The notes: a model not told the origin generated them from the letters alone. A stretch of 64,000 nt of DNA from Polyangiaceae bacterium (GCA_035063585.1 JAPSGB010000003.1:128001-192000); one strand, 5' to 3'; positions 10,310-22,080 are shown, counted from the first letter of the stretch. Made by a program: numbers and translations.

Positions 10310-11777
10310 GCGATCCATACCGCGCCGCGCGCTCTCCGTCCTCGGCCTCGTGGCGCTCGCCGGCGCGCTCGCCGAGCGGCCCGCCCGAGCGGACCGCCCC
10401 GCGCCGACCTCGCCCCCCGCGCCCGCCGCGCGCCGGGTGAGCGTGGCCGACGCGGTCGCCGAGCTCGCGCACTGGGTCGCGGTGAATCGGGGTGAAGTCG
10501 GGGCGATGGTGCTCGAGCTCGGCACCGACCGCGTGCTCGCCGAGGCCGACGCGCACCGCGCGCTGAACCCTGCGTCGAACGCCAAGCTCCTCACCGCCGC
10601 CGTCGCGCTCGACGAGCTCGGACCGGACCACCGCTTCACGACCGGGTTCTATGGCGACCTCGAGGGCGGCACCGCGCGCTCGCTCGCCCTGCGTGGCGAC
10701 GGCGACCCGTCGTTCGGGACCGAGGAGCTGTGGCGACTCTGCCGCCAGCTGGTGGCGCTCGGCGTGACCCGCGTCGACGGCGACCTCCTCGTCGATCAGA
10801 GCCGGTTCGATGACGCCTTCGTGCCACCCGCGTTCGAACAGCAACCGAACGAGTGGGCTGCGTTTCGCGCGCCGGTGAGCGCCGTGGCGCTCGATGGGAA
10901 CGCCGTCACGGTGAACGTGCGCGCGCGCAAGGCGGGGGAGCGCGCGAGCGTGTGGGTCGAGCCGCCCGGCCTGGTCGAGCTCACCGGCACCGTCGCCACG
11001 GCCCCGCCCGGCAAGGGACAGCGGGTGCGGTTGTCGATCGCGCCGGCCGGTGCGCGCTTGCGCGTCACGGTCGCCGGCAGCGTCGCCGAGCGGCTGCCGC
11101 GGCTCCGCTTCAGGAGACGCGTCGACGATCCGCGCCTGAACCCGGGATGGGTCGCCGCGCACATGCTCCGCTCGCTCGGCGTCACCCTCGGCGGCGGCGT
11201 GAGGCTCGGCGCCGCGGACCTCCGCGCGCCGCTCGTCACCGAGCGCTCGCGCGCGCTCGCCGAGCTCGTGCGCCGACTCGGCAAGGAGAGTGACAATTTC
11301 TACGCCGAGATGCTCCTGAAGGTGCTCGGCGCGGAGCGAGGCGCGGTGGGCTCGAGCGCTGCCGGCGCCGAGGTGGTGCGAGCGTGGCTCGCCCGCGTGG
11401 GGGCGCTCGAGACGGGCACGCGGGTCGTGAATGGCTCCGGGCTCTTCGACGCCAACCGCGCGAGCGCGTGGACCCTCGTCCAGGTGCTGCGCGCAGCCTG
11501 GCGCTCCCCGGCGATCGGCCCCGAGTTCGTGTCGCAGCTCGCCATCGGCGGCGTCGACGGCACGCTGCGCTCGCGCTTCCGCGGACGTCGGGCGCGCCGC
11601 GATGTCCGCGCCAAGACCGGCACGCTCTCGAGGAGCGTGTCGCTCTCCGGTTACGCGCTCTCGCCCGGCGGAGCCGCCCCGATCGCCTACTCGTTCGTGG
11701 TCAGCGGCATCGCGGATCACGCCGCGGTCCGCGCGCGCCTCGATCGGCTCGTCGAACTCATCGCGTCGAGCCATTGA
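10308..11777 (+). CDS. dacB: D-alanyl-D-alanine carboxypeptidase/endopeptidase (PBP4, peptidase S13)
   Basis: SxxK 'PASNAK', SxN 'KESDNFYAE', 'NGSGL', KTG 'RAKTGTL'; signal peptide. Confidence 0.93.
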   Translation: MRSIPRRALSVLGLVALAGALAERPARADRPAPTSPPAPAARRVSVADAVAELAHWVAVNRGEVGAMVLELGTDRVLAEADAHRALNPASNAKLLTAAVALDELGPDHRFTTGFYGDLEGGTARSLALRGDGDPSFGTEELWRLCRQLVALGVTRVDGDLLVDQSRFDDAFVPPAFEQQPNEWAAFRAPVSAVALDGNAVTVNVRARKAGERASVWVEPPGLVELTGTVATAPPGKGQRVRLSIAPAGARLRVTVAGSVAERLPRLRFRRRVDDPRLNPGWVAAHMLRSLGVTLGGGVRLGAADLRAPLVTERSRALAELVRRLGKESDNFYAEMLLKVLGAERGAVGSSAAGAEVVRAWLARVGALETGTRVVNGSGLFDANRASAWTLVQVLRAAWRSPAIGPEFVSQLAIGGVDGTLRSRFRGRRARRDVRAKTGTLSRSVSLSGYALSPGGAAPIAYSFVVSGIADHAAVRARLDRLVELIASSH

Positions 11778-11914
11778 CGGCTCCGGGTCGAGTCAGCGCC
11801 GCGTCGCATCGATGACGCTTCCGCGCCGCCCCGACCTCACCTGAGGAAGGTCGGTTCGGCGCAATATCCGCGCGGAGCGCGCCCGAACCGGCCGACTCGA
11901 GCCGCGACGCCCGC

Positions 11915-12454
11915 TCAGGGCGTCTTCGGAGTCGTCCCGGGCGCAGCGCCGCCCTCGACCTTGCCGCCCTTGGCCTTGCCGCCCGCGGCCTTGTCGTCCT
12001 TGGCCTTGCCGTCCTTGGCCTTGTCGTCCTTGGCCTGGCCGTCCTTGGCCTTGTCGTCCTTGGCCTGGCCGTCGGTGGTCGGCGCGCCGGCGTCCGAGTC
12101 GGCGCCCGCTTCAGCGGCCGGCGGCGGAGGAGGAGCCGGCGGGGTGGCGGCGGAGGCGTCCGCGGAGATCTCCGCGACCTCGAGCTGCATGGCTCGCGTG
12201 ATCGGGATGGTGACGATCCCCTTGTCCTTGTCGTCCCACTCGGGCGCGCCGGTGAGCTCCGCTTCTTGGTCGGCCTTGAGCTTCTGCGCCGCGGCGAGCT
12301 TGGCCGGTGGGGTCATCCCCGCCGCCTTGCCGAGATCGTGGCTCTCGTAGTGGAGCACGGCCGCCAGCACGGCGAGCGCGCCCACCCCGAGGATCACGCT
12401 CACTACCACATTGCCCTTGCCGCCCCCGGCTGCCTTGTCTGACTTGCTAGCCAT
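11915..12454 (-). CDS. actG: Probable alternative complex III subunit G-like single-TM protein
   Basis: Last gene of the act operon, 10 bp after actF. One TM helix and 'WDDKDKGIVTIPITRAMQL', resembling the 'G.v.IPI..AM' motif of the small gene after actF. Low-complexity tail. Confidence 0.6.
   Translation of the reverse strand: MASKSDKAAGGGKGNVVVSVILGVGALAVLAAVLHYESHDLGKAAGMTPPAKLAAAQKLKADQEAELTGAPEWDDKDKGIVTIPITRAMQLEVAEISADASAATPPAPPPPPAAEAGADSDAGAPTTDGQAKDDKAKDGQAKDDKAKDGKAKDDKAAGGKAKGGKVEGGAAPGTTPKTP
11960..12072. repeat. 15/30-bp coding tandem repeat encoding (GQAKDDKAKD)n in the actG-like tail
   Basis: Alternating units GGCCTTGTCGTCCTT / GGCCT(T/G)GCCGTCCTT are visible in the sequence. 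Confidence 0.85.
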
Positions 12455-12464
12455 CGTCGACCCT

Positions 12465-13682
<1,218 letters not shown>

Positions 13683-13698
13683 CGATCGACTCCGGCGA

Positions 13699-15000
13699 CT
13701 ACTTCAGCGACCCGCGGTCGGCCTCGGGGACATCCTGGATGGTGGCGCCGCGGCTGCGCTGCAGCGCGCGGACGTAGAGCACGATGGCCCAGCGATCTTC
13801 AGGGGAAATCTGCGGGCCGTAGGGCGGCATGTTGCGGATGCCGTGGGTGATGGTGTTGAAGAGCTCACCGACCGGCTGCTTGCGGAGATACTCCTGTGTG
13901 ACGTCCGAGGCCGGGACCCAGGTCCCCTGGGCGAGCTCGACCGCGCGCTCGTTCACCATGCCGTCGCCGTGACCGACCTGCCCGTGGCACGGCGCGCAGA
14001 AGACCCCGAACTCTTGTTGCCCCCGCTTCATGGTCGAATCGGAGATCGGGATCTGGGCCGGGAACTCGCGCGCCCACTCGTCGCCGAGCTTGCCGCGGTA
14101 GAGGTGGTCGTCGTCCTCGAGCGCGCCCACCGCGACCGTCCCCTCGAGCTCCGGGCGCATCGCGCGCTTGTCCTCGAACACCGGGTTCATGCGCTGAGAC
14201 TTGAACTTCTCCTGGAAGTCCATGTCCGGGATGATGTGGATGCGCGGCTTCTCGGAGGTCGAGACCCGAGCGCGCGCGATGAGCGCGAACGGGACCAGCG
14301 CGCCGAGCACGACCAGAACCAAACCGAAGACCAGCGGTCGCGGCATGTTTGCAGGCGTGACCCGGTCCTCCTCCAGCCGATCGACGGCGGTGGGGTGGGT
14401 CCCCTCGAGGAGCTTCCAGGTCTCGTCCTCTGCGAAGCGTGGGTCGCTCGCCTGGATGACCAGGAAGAAGCGGTCGTCCGTGGCGCGGGCGAAGTACTTC
14501 TTGAGGTCGAGCGGGTGTGAGTACTCGGGGAGGCCGTTCAGCGCCAGCATGGCCACCAGCGCCGTGATGGCGCTGAAGAGCACCATCAGCTCGAACATCA
14601 CCGGCACATGGGCGGGGAGGCTCCACATCGGCTTCCCGCTCGTCAGGTACGGGTAGTCGTAGGTGTTCGTCCACCACTGAAGGAGGATGCCGGTGGCGAG
14701 TCCGGTGAGGCCCGCGCCGAGCACGATCCAGGGCAGCACCGTCGGCTTGATGCCCATGGCCCCGTCGATCCCGTGGACCGGGAACGGCGTGTACGTGTCC
14801 CAGTTCTTGAAGCCAGCGTCGCGAACCTTCTTGGAGGCCGAGAGGAGGGCTCCGGGCGTCTCGTACTCCGCGATGAGGCCATGGAGCGGCGTTCCGCCCG
14901 CGCCGCCCTTCGAAGTGCCCGCGCCGTCCTTCGGCGCGTCCGGCTCAGTCTTGGCGGCCTCGCCTGTGCTCTTCTTTGCGTCCGTCTGCTTGTCGCTCAT
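13699..15000 (-). CDS. actDE: Alternative complex III ActD-ActE fusion (DUF3341 + monohaem cytochrome c)
   Basis: N-half 'DTYTPFPVHG...GKP.WSLPAHVPVMFE' (ActD). C-half 'DMDFQEKFKSQ...GTVAVG...CAPCHG...TITHGIRNMP...DRWAIVLYVRALQ' (ActE). Start trimmed to MSDKQT. Confidence 0.92.
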   Translation of the reverse strand: MSDKQTDAKKSTGEAAKTEPDAPKDGAGTSKGGAGGTPLHGLIAEYETPGALLSASKKVRDAGFKNWDTYTPFPVHGIDGAMGIKPTVLPWIVLGAGLTGLATGILLQWWTNTYDYPYLTSGKPMWSLPAHVPVMFELMVLFSAITALVAMLALNGLPEYSHPLDLKKYFARATDDRFFLVIQASDPRFAEDETWKLLEGTHPTAVDRLEEDRVTPANMPRPLVFGLVLVVLGALVPFALIARARVSTSEKPRIHIIPDMDFQEKFKSQRMNPVFEDKRAMRPELEGTVAVGALEDDDHLYRGKLGDEWAREFPAQIPISDSTMKRGQQEFGVFCAPCHGQVGHGDGMVNERAVELAQGTWVPASDVTQEYLRKQPVGELFNTITHGIRNMPPYGPQISPEDRWAIVLYVRALQRSRGATIQDVPEADRGSLK

Positions 15001-15029
15001 GGTTCGTCTCAGCGTCGGACCGGGCGGTC

Positions 15030-16403
15030 TCAGTGTTCCTCGGGGTGTGCGTGAGCCGAGGGCTGGATGCCCTTCACCTCGGCCATGGCCACCATCGGCA
15101 GGTAACGGCAGAACAGCAAGAACAGGGTGAAGAACAGGCCGAAGCTGCCGCCCAGGGTGAGGTAGTCGATCTTGTTCGGGAGGAAGTAGCCCCAGCTCGA
15201 GGGCAGGAAATCTCGCGTCAAGGACGACGGGATGATCATGAAGCGCTCGAACCACATCCCGACGTTCACGAACACGCCCACGACGAAGGTCGCCCAGACG
15301 TTTCGCCGCAGCTTCTTCCACCAGAAGATCTGGGGAAAGACGACGTTGCAGATGTAGGTCGTCCAGGCGATCCACCACACCGGGCCGAACGCGCGGTTAT
15401 AGAAGGTGAAGATCTCCCAGGGGCTCGCGCTGTACCACGCGATGAAGAACTCCATCGCGTACGAGTAGCCGACCAACATGCCGGTCGCGAGGATGATCTT
15501 GTTCATCACCTCGATGTGATCGAGCGTGATGATGTGCTTCAGGCCGAAGAACTGGCGCGCTGGTACCGCCAGCGTCACCACCATGCCGAAGCCACCGAAG
15601 ACGGCGCCCGCGACGAAGTAGGGGGGGAAGATGGTGGTGTGCCACCCGGGGATCTGCGAGGTGGCCATGTCGAACGACACCACCGAGTGCACGCTGAGCA
15701 CGAGCGGGGTCGCCAGCGCGGCCAGGAGCAGGTAAGCGCGCTCGTAGCGGTGCCACTGGCGTGAGGAGCCGCGCCAGCCCATCGCGAAGAGCCCGTAGGC
15801 GATGCGGCGGATCTTGGACGTCGAGCGATCGCGGAAGGTCGCGAGATCCGGGATCATCCCCATGTACCAGAACAGGATGGAGACGGTCGCGTAGGTGCCG
15901 ACCGCGAACACGTCCCACTCGAGCGGGCTCCGGAACTGCGGCCAGACTTCCATCTGGTTCGGGATCGGGAACATCCAGTACGGCAGCCAGGGGCGACCGA
16001 TGTGGATGCCCGGGAAGATCGCCGCGCACATGACCGCGAAGATGGTCATGGCCTCCGCGAAGCGGTTGATCGAGGTGCGCCAGTGCTGCCTGAAGAGGTA
16101 GAGGATGGCGCTGATCAGGGTGCCGGCGTGACCGATACCGACCCAGAACACGAAGTTCACGATCGGCATGGCCCAGGCGACTGGGATCTGCGTCCCCCAC
16201 GCGCCGATGCCCGTCCAGAACACCCACCCGATGCTGCCGAAGAAGACCGCGAGCAGGATGAGCGCGATGCCGAACGCGATGTACCAGGCCTTCGGTGGGG
16301 TCGGTACCTCCGCGATGCGCGCGACGTTGTTGGTGATGCGGGCGAAGGCGGTGTCGCCGCTCGGTCGGCCTTGATACGGGTTGAGGTCGGTTGCGACGGT
16401 CAT
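15030..16403 (-). CDS. actC: Alternative complex III subunit ActC (NrfD/polysulfide reductase family)
   Basis: '[17 protein letters not shown]', '[13 protein letters not shown]', 'HIGRPW', '[12 protein letters not shown]', 'GMWFERF'. Confidence 0.96.
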   Translation of the reverse strand: MTVATDLNPYQGRPSGDTAFARITNNVARIAEVPTPPKAWYIAFGIALILLAVFFGSIGWVFWTGIGAWGTQIPVAWAMPIVNFVFWVGIGHAGTLISAILYLFRQHWRTSINRFAEAMTIFAVMCAAIFPGIHIGRPWLPYWMFPIPNQMEVWPQFRSPLEWDVFAVGTYATVSILFWYMGMIPDLATFRDRSTSKIRRIAYGLFAMGWRGSSRQWHRYERAYLLLAALATPLVLSVHSVVSFDMATSQIPGWHTTIFPPYFVAGAVFGGFGMVVTLAVPARQFFGLKHIITLDHIEVMNKIILATGMLVGYSYAMEFFIAWYSASPWEIFTFYNRAFGPVWWIAWTTYICNVVFPQIFWWKKLRRNVWATFVVGVFVNVGMWFERFMIIPSSLTRDFLPSSWGYFLPNKIDYLTLGGSFGLFFTLFLLFCRYLPMVAMAEVKGIQPSAHAHPEEH

Positions 16404-16406
16404 GGC

Positions 16407-19400
16407 TTAGCCCAGCTCCGGGTGCGGGTTCCTGACGCGGGCGAGGTAGAGGGTGCGGGGGCGAGTGTTCAGCTCCTCGAGCAGCGCGTAGGCGCGCGGG
16501 CCCGCCTGGAGCTTGGCGACCTCGCTCGCCTTGTCGTTGAGGTCCCCGAACACGATGGCCTCGGTGGGGCACGTCTGCTGGCAGGCCGTCTTGATCTCGC
16601 CGTCCTTGATCGGTCGCTTGTGGTTCTTCGCCTGGATCTTGACGCTCTGGATGCGCTGCACGCAGTAAGTGCACTTCTCCATCACGCCGCGGAATCGGAC
16701 GGACACCTCCGGATTGAAGGACATCGCCTTCATCTGGTTCTTCCCGTCCTTGAATTCCATGTGGTAGTTGAAGAAGTTGAAGCGGCGGACCTTGTACGGG
16801 CAGTTGTTCGAGCAGTACCGCGTGCCGATGCAGCGGTTGTAGGTCATGTCGTTCAGACCCTCTTCGCTGTGCTGGGTCGCGCCGACCGGGCACACCTGCT
16901 CGCACGGGGCGTTCTCGCACTGCTGACAGGGGACGGGCTGGAAGGCCGCCTCGGGCTCGTCGCTGAGCCCGCGGAAGTAGCGATCGACGCGGATCCAGTG
17001 CATCTCGCGGCCCATCACCACCTGTTCTTTTCCGACCACCGGGATGTTGTTCTCGGCCTGGCACGCCACCATGCAGGCGTTGCAGCCCATGCACCGGTTC
17101 ATGTCGATGCTCATGCCCCACTTCTGGCCGTCGTAGGAGACCGGGGCGACCCACAGGCTGAGCAGCGGCGGGTGCTCGACCTTGTGCTTGGCAAAATCGG
17201 GCTTGGCCTTGTACTCGGCGTAGTCGGCCTGCCGCACGAGCTCCGGGATACGCTCGGCGGCGCCTTCCCGACCGATGTCGCCGATGGCGTGGAGATCCTG
17301 GGTGGTGCCGAGCTGGTAATACTCCCCGGTCGGGGTGACCTTGAGGCCGCCCGCGATGTGGAGCGCCTCGGAGGTGCGGACCTGGTACACGTCGACGCCG
17401 GTCGGCTCGACTCCGTCCTCCACCAGGCCACCGACGTGGCCGAGGGTGGTGCGCCCGAAGCCGAGCACCACGCGGACCGAGCCCTTGGCCTGGCCCGGCG
17501 ACATCATCGCGGGCATGGTGAGCTGCTTGCCGCCGATCTCGAGCTTCACGAGGGTCGAGTCACCGACGCCGAGCTTCTCGGCGGTGGCCGGGTTCAAGAG
17601 CGCGGCGTTCTCCCAGGTGAGCTTCGTCATCGGCTCCGGCGTCTCCTGGAGCCAGGCGTTGTTGGCGAAGCGCCCGTCGTAGAGCCGGCTATCGGGCAGG
17701 ATCACGAGCTCGAGATTGCCGTTGTCGACCTCCTTCGGGCCGAGCTCTCGCGGCGAGAGCGTGAGCTTCCCGAGCGGTCGGAGCTCCGGGCGCACGACGG
17801 GGGCTGCGCTCCCCGCGATGAAGCCGTCGTGCACGGCCTTGCGCCAGGCCTTGTCCGTGGAGAGCCGCTCGGCGTGCGTGCGGCGGACGAGCTCGGCGCC
17901 CACCTTCTTTTCGTCGCCCGAGATGAGCGCGACGAGCTCGAGCGCGCTCCGGCCGCCGTGGATGGGCGCGATGAGCGGCTGCATCATGGTGACCGTGCCG
18001 TCCCACCCGAGCGCGTCGCCCCAGGCCTCGAGGTAGTGCGCCTCCGGCAGGTGCCAGGTCGAGGCGTGCGAGGTCTCGTCTTCGTAGCCGCACAGGTGGA
18101 TGCGGTGCTTCACCTTGGCGTAAGCGGCACCGAACCCGAAGTCCGCCGGGGCGGAGTAGACCGGGTTTTGCCCGAGCACGACCAGCGTCTCGACCTGGCC
18201 GGCGTTCATCTCGTCGACCAGCGATTTCAGCGCGGCGACGTGGGTCGGCCGCGTGGGCTCCCGGTCCGCGACGTAGGTCACCGTGGCGCCGACGTTGTCG
18301 AGGATGACGTTCAGCCGGTGCGCGAGCGCGTGCACCTCGGGCGGCTGATGGCTGCCGGCGACGACCACGCCCTTTCCGCGATTCGCCACCAAGTCCTTGG
18401 CGGCGACCGCGATGAATTTCGCCACCTGCGCGTCTTCCAGGAACGCCGCCGCGGGGCGCTCCTGCGGGGGGCCGAACCCCGCCGCCGGCTGGACCAGCTT
18501 GCTCACCTCGGCGTCGAGCGCCGCGGCCACCGCCTTCACGAGTTCCGAGCGGAGCGCCAAGCGGTGGTCGGCCATCACGCCGAGCAGCGTGAACACGCTC
18601 TCGATCGCGTAGATGCGGTTCATCTCGCCGAGCTCGGGCGTGCGTCGCTTGGCGATGGCGCGCGAGTGGACGAGCGCGGCCGGGTGCAGGCCGAGCAGAT
18701 CGGTGTCGAGGCTGACGACGATGTCTGCCTTCTCGAGGTCGAGCAGCATCCGGTGCGGCGCGCCGAACGCGAGTCGGCTGCCCTCCCGCTCGTTCTCCTG
18801 CGAGACGGGCTCGTACTCGACCCATTTCGCCTGGGGGAAAGCCTCGGCGAGTTTGGAGCGGAGCGCAGCGAGGCTCGGCGACGAGCTCTCGCTGGCGAGG
18901 ATCCGGAGGCCCTTGCCGGCTTGGGAGCGGAGCCCGGCGAAGAGCGGCGTCGCGAAGTCTTCGAACGCCTTCCAGCTCGAGGCCGTGCGCTGCGTTCCCG
19001 AGAACGTACAGACGCCCTCGCTCCGGTCGGGGTCCCAGACGTCGAGCACGCTCGCTTGATGGATCGCGCTGCACGCGCCGTGGCTGCCCGGATGCGCCGG
19101 GTTGCCCTCGACCTTGATGGGGCGGCCGTCGTAGCTGGTGACGTGCAGCCCGGTGGCGACGCCGCCGAGCTCCATCGCGGTCGCGAAGCTGCGCGGCACG
19201 CCGGGGGTGGTGCCGGCGGGGCGCCGCGTCTGCGGCAAGAGGTGGTCCTCCTGCCAGCGGCAACCGGAGACGCCCGCCAGCGCGAGCGACGCGCCGATGA
19301 CCTGCATGAAGCGGCGTCGGCCCGGCGAGTTCGGCTCGAGCTCCTCGAACGGCGCGGCGAACTCGTTCTTGAGCAGCTCTTGGAAACGAGGGGAGCGCTC

Positions 19401-19460
19401 GAGCTCGTCGATGCTCCTCCAGAAGGCCCCCTTGTGCGCCTTTCTGTCTACCTGTGACAT
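16407..19460 (-). CDS. actB: Alternative complex III subunit ActB (Tat-exported molybdopterin-oxidoreductase-like domain + Fe-S domain)
   Basis: 'FWRSIDEL', Tat motif RRRFMQ followed by lipobox VSGC, 'GRPIKVEGNPAHP'. Fe-S motifs CMGCNACMVAC, CQQCENAPCEQVC, CIGTRYCSNNC, CTYC. Start trimmed to MSQVDR. Confidence 0.95.
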   Translation of the reverse strand: MSQVDRKAHKGAFWRSIDELERSPRFQELLKNEFAAPFEELEPNSPGRRRFMQVIGASLALAGVSGCRWQEDHLLPQTRRPAGTTPGVPRSFATAMELGGVATGLHVTSYDGRPIKVEGNPAHPGSHGACSAIHQASVLDVWDPDRSEGVCTFSGTQRTASSWKAFEDFATPLFAGLRSQAGKGLRILASESSSPSLAALRSKLAEAFPQAKWVEYEPVSQENEREGSRLAFGAPHRMLLDLEKADIVVSLDTDLLGLHPAALVHSRAIAKRRTPELGEMNRIYAIESVFTLLGVMADHRLALRSELVKAVAAALDAEVSKLVQPAAGFGPPQERPAAAFLEDAQVAKFIAVAAKDLVANRGKGVVVAGSHQPPEVHALAHRLNVILDNVGATVTYVADREPTRPTHVAALKSLVDEMNAGQVETLVVLGQNPVYSAPADFGFGAAYAKVKHRIHLCGYEDETSHASTWHLPEAHYLEAWGDALGWDGTVTMMQPLIAPIHGGRSALELVALISGDEKKVGAELVRRTHAERLSTDKAWRKAVHDGFIAGSAAPVVRPELRPLGKLTLSPRELGPKEVDNGNLELVILPDSRLYDGRFANNAWLQETPEPMTKLTWENAALLNPATAEKLGVGDSTLVKLEIGGKQLTMPAMMSPGQAKGSVRVVLGFGRTTLGHVGGLVEDGVEPTGVDVYQVRTSEALHIAGGLKVTPTGEYYQLGTTQDLHAIGDIGREGAAERIPELVRQADYAEYKAKPDFAKHKVEHPPLLSLWVAPVSYDGQKWGMSIDMNRCMGCNACMVACQAENNIPVVGKEQVVMGREMHWIRVDRYFRGLSDEPEAAFQPVPCQQCENAPCEQVCPVGATQHSEEGLNDMTYNRCIGTRYCSNNCPYKVRRFNFFNYHMEFKDGKNQMKAMSFNPEVSVRFRGVMEKCTYCVQRIQSVKIQAKNHKRPIKDGEIKTACQQTCPTEAIVFGDLNDKASEVAKLQAGPRAYALLEELNTRPRTLYLARVRNPHPELG

Positions 19461-20098
19461 GTCGAGCAGCTCTCTGGTGGGTTGATGTCGTTCTCCTCGC
19501 GGAGCTTCTTGCCGTAGGCTTCCGGATCGCCCGGCGCCTTCCAGTTCATGTTGGTGACCTCCGACGGCGGACGGAGGTTCTTCTCGGGCGCGCGGTGGCA
19601 GTCGAGGCACCAGCCCATGCTGAGCGTCTCGTGCTGGTAGACGACCGGCATCTGGTCGACGCGGCCGTGGCAGGACACGCAGCCGACGCCGCGCATCACG
19701 TGCGCGCTGTGGTTGAAGTAGACGTAGTCGGGAAGATCGTGGACTTTCACCCACTCGATCGATTTGCCCGTCTCCCAGCTCTGACGAACCGGCTCGAGCT
19801 TCGGGCTCTTCGTCCACACGCGCTCGTGGCAGTTCATGCAGGTCTGCGTCGGCGGGATCGCGGCCATCGCGGCCTGTTCGACCGTGTTGTGGCAGTAGCG
19901 GCAGTCGATCCCGAGCTCGCCGCCGTGGAGCGCGTGGCTGTAGGCGACCGGTTGCTTCGGTTGGTAGCCGACGTCGGTCGTCTTCGGTGAGGCGCCGTAC
20001 CAGACGAGCGCCGTCAAGTAGACGGGCGCGCCACCGAGGAGGAGCCCGGCGACGGACTTGGCCCGGTTCGCCCAGCGGGGAAATACGAACAGTGTCAT
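19448..20098 (-). CDS. actA: Alternative complex III subunit ActA (pentahaem cytochrome c)
   Basis: One N-terminal TM and five CxxCH motifs (CRYCH, CMNCH, CVSCH, CLDCH, CSTCH); 'LPDYVYFNHSAH'. Confidence 0.95.
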   Translation of the reverse strand: MTLFVFPRWANRAKSVAGLLLGGAPVYLTALVWYGASPKTTDVGYQPKQPVAYSHALHGGELGIDCRYCHNTVEQAAMAAIPPTQTCMNCHERVWTKSPKLEPVRQSWETGKSIEWVKVHDLPDYVYFNHSAHVMRGVGCVSCHGRVDQMPVVYQHETLSMGWCLDCHRAPEKNLRPPSEVTNMNWKAPGDPEAYGKKLREENDINPPESCSTCHR

Positions 20099-20580
20099 CG
20101 TTCCTGTTCGGTGACGGCGTCGCGACGAGCAGAGAGCGCGTCGCGCGTCGGTCGTAGGGAGGTTGAGGTCATCTTGGTTCTGGTGCGGGTGAGGGCCTGG
20201 GTCTCGATGAGCGGGCGCTCGGGTCGAGAGGGCCGGACGGCGAGCCGCCACGCTCGAGCGGGTGCCTCGCTACCATGACTTCGGGTCAAAATGCGACTGG
20301 CGGGATCATGGCGTTCCCCGCCCGCGTCAATTAGGGTGCGCGCGCCGCCCACATGCCCTCGCGCGCCGGGATCTCCCTCGGGCGCGTCCGAGCAGGAGAG
20401 GCCGGACCGGCGCGGCCGGCGGCCGGGCCGGCCGCGCGGGGACGCGCCCGGCGGCTCCGACTTGACGCGGTGCGTTATTGGGCGGCGCGGCCCGCAGCGG
20501 CCGGGGCGCACACAAACGAAGCGAGGGCCGCGAGCGTGCGCTCGCGACCCTCGACTCGTCACGCCCGCGCGCGGGCGGAC

Positions 20581-21957
20581 TCAGAAGTCGCGCATCTGCT
20601 TGCGAATCTTACCGATCGCCTGCTCCTGCAGCTGCCGGATGCGCTCGCGCGACAGGTTGTACTTGTCGCCGATCTCCTTCAGCGTGAGCTCGTCCTCGTT
20701 GTCGAGGCCGAAGCGCCAGCGGATGATGCGCGACTCGATGGGCGTCAGCGTGTCGAGCAGCCGGCGCACCTCCTCTGCCCATTTCTGGTTGGCCAGGTTG
20801 TCATAGGGCGAGAGCGAGTTCTCCTCGACCAGGAAATCGATGAAGCGACGCCCGTCCTCGTCGCCCACCGGGCGATCGAGCGAGAACGGCGTGTCGGCGT
20901 AGAGATCCTTCACCTTGTCGAGCTTCTCGCGCGGAACGCCCGTCTCCTTCTCGAGCTCCTCGATGGTCGGCTCGCGGCCGGTTCGCGCGATGATGGTCTG
21001 CGTCGCGCGCGAGACGCGGTTGTAGGTGTCGAGCATGTGGACCGGGATACGCACCGCGCGGCCCTTGTCCGCGAGCGCGCGGCTGATCGCGTGACGGATC
21101 CACCAGGACGCGTAGGTGCTGAACCGGTAGCCGCGCGTATGATCGAAGCGCTCGACCGCCTTCATCAGGCCGATGTTTCCCTCTTGGATGAGATCGATGA
21201 GCGGCAGCCGGCCACGGTTATAGCGGCGCGCGATGCTGACGACCAAGCGGAGGTTCGCCTTCACGAAGCGGCTCTTCGCCCGCCGCTGTCGGGTGTCGGT
21301 GCGCTTCACTTGCTCGAGGAAGCGCTTGTATGCGGCCGTCTCGGGGAGCACCGTGTGCTCAGGGCCGTCGACGCTCGGCTTCACGGCCTCGCGTACCACG
21401 CGGTTGGCGTTCGCCATCCAGAGCCGATCGGAGTCGGGGAGCCGGACCGCGCGCGCGAGCTCCTCGCAGCGCTCGCACCACTCACGCTGCTGGTGCGCGA
21501 GCAGCTTCGAGCGCTGCTTGCGGTAGACCTTGAGTAGTCGCCGGAGCTCGCTCAGACACACCGGGTCTGGCCGATCCTCCTCGCTCGCCGAGGCGAAATC
21601 GAGCTCGAGCTGGGCGAGCACCTGCTCCACCGCGGGCAGATAGGAGAGGAGCGCGACCCAGTGCTCGACCTCGGCGCGCTCGACCCCCTGCGCGGCCTCG
21701 AGCTCCTCGTCGGGCCCCATCACCTGGTGGGTCGCCATGTCGCGGAAGTAGCGCGAGAGCATCGAGTCCGACGCGCCCTCGACCCCGACGCGCGTGTCGT
21801 TCGCGGGCGCTTCGCCGAACTCCGTCGCCGACGCGCCGCCCTCGTGCTCTGCTTCGTCCGCGGCGGCGCGCGTCACGCGCACCGAGGTGTGCTCCTCCGC
21901 CGTTTCCTCGGAATCGCGAGCGGGGGCGATGGGGTGGGACTTCTGGGACATGCTCAC
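20581..21957 (-). CDS. RNA polymerase sigma70-family factor (RpoD/SigA-like paralogue, no obvious region 1.1)
   Basis: Region 1.2 '[11 protein letters not shown]', region 2 '[13 protein letters not shown]...[32 protein letters not shown]', region 4 'TLKEIG...LSRERIRQL'. Confidence 0.93.
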   Translation of the reverse strand: MSMSQKSHPIAPARDSEETAEEHTSVRVTRAAADEAEHEGGASATEFGEAPANDTRVGVEGASDSMLSRYFRDMATHQVMGPDEELEAAQGVERAEVEHWVALLSYLPAVEQVLAQLELDFASASEEDRPDPVCLSELRRLLKVYRKQRSKLLAHQQREWCERCEELARAVRLPDSDRLWMANANRVVREAVKPSVDGPEHTVLPETAAYKRFLEQVKRTDTRQRRAKSRFVKANLRLVVSIARRYNRGRLPLIDLIQEGNIGLMKAVERFDHTRGYRFSTYASWWIRHAISRALADKGRAVRIPVHMLDTYNRVSRATQTIIARTGREPTIEELEKETGVPREKLDKVKDLYADTPFSLDRPVGDEDGRRFIDFLVEENSLSPYDNLANQKWAEEVRRLLDTLTPIESRIIRWRFGLDNEDELTLKEIGDKYNLSRERIRQLQEQAIGKIRKQMRDF

Positions 21958-22064
21958 CTGGATCGTTGGGGGCGGGAGATCGTGACGAGTCCCGAGGCGA
22001 GGAAACCCCCGAGAGCGGGGGTCGATTCCACGCGGGGAGCGCGGCGTAGTCGAACGGGATTCAT

Positions 22065-22080
22065 TGCAAATAACGTGCCC
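22065..22080 (-). promoter_or_regulatory. Sigma54 (-24/-12) promoter upstream of the sigma70-family gene
   Basis: Minus strand reads GGGCACGTTATTTGCA. GG-N10-GC spacing is exact and only one base differs from TGGCACG-N4-TTGCA. It is an AT-rich island ~110 bp upstream of the start codon. Confidence 0.75.

Noticed and set aside
16002..19457. 1151-aa plus-strand ORF
   Set aside because: Antisense shadow of actB/actC; long stop-free antisense frames are expected at this GC content, and it has no motifs.
20275..20289. ATGAC-TTCGG-GTCAA dyad upstream of actA as an FNR/CRP box
   Set aside because: Spacing is one base longer than the FNR/CRP consensus and the arms are short; not supportable.
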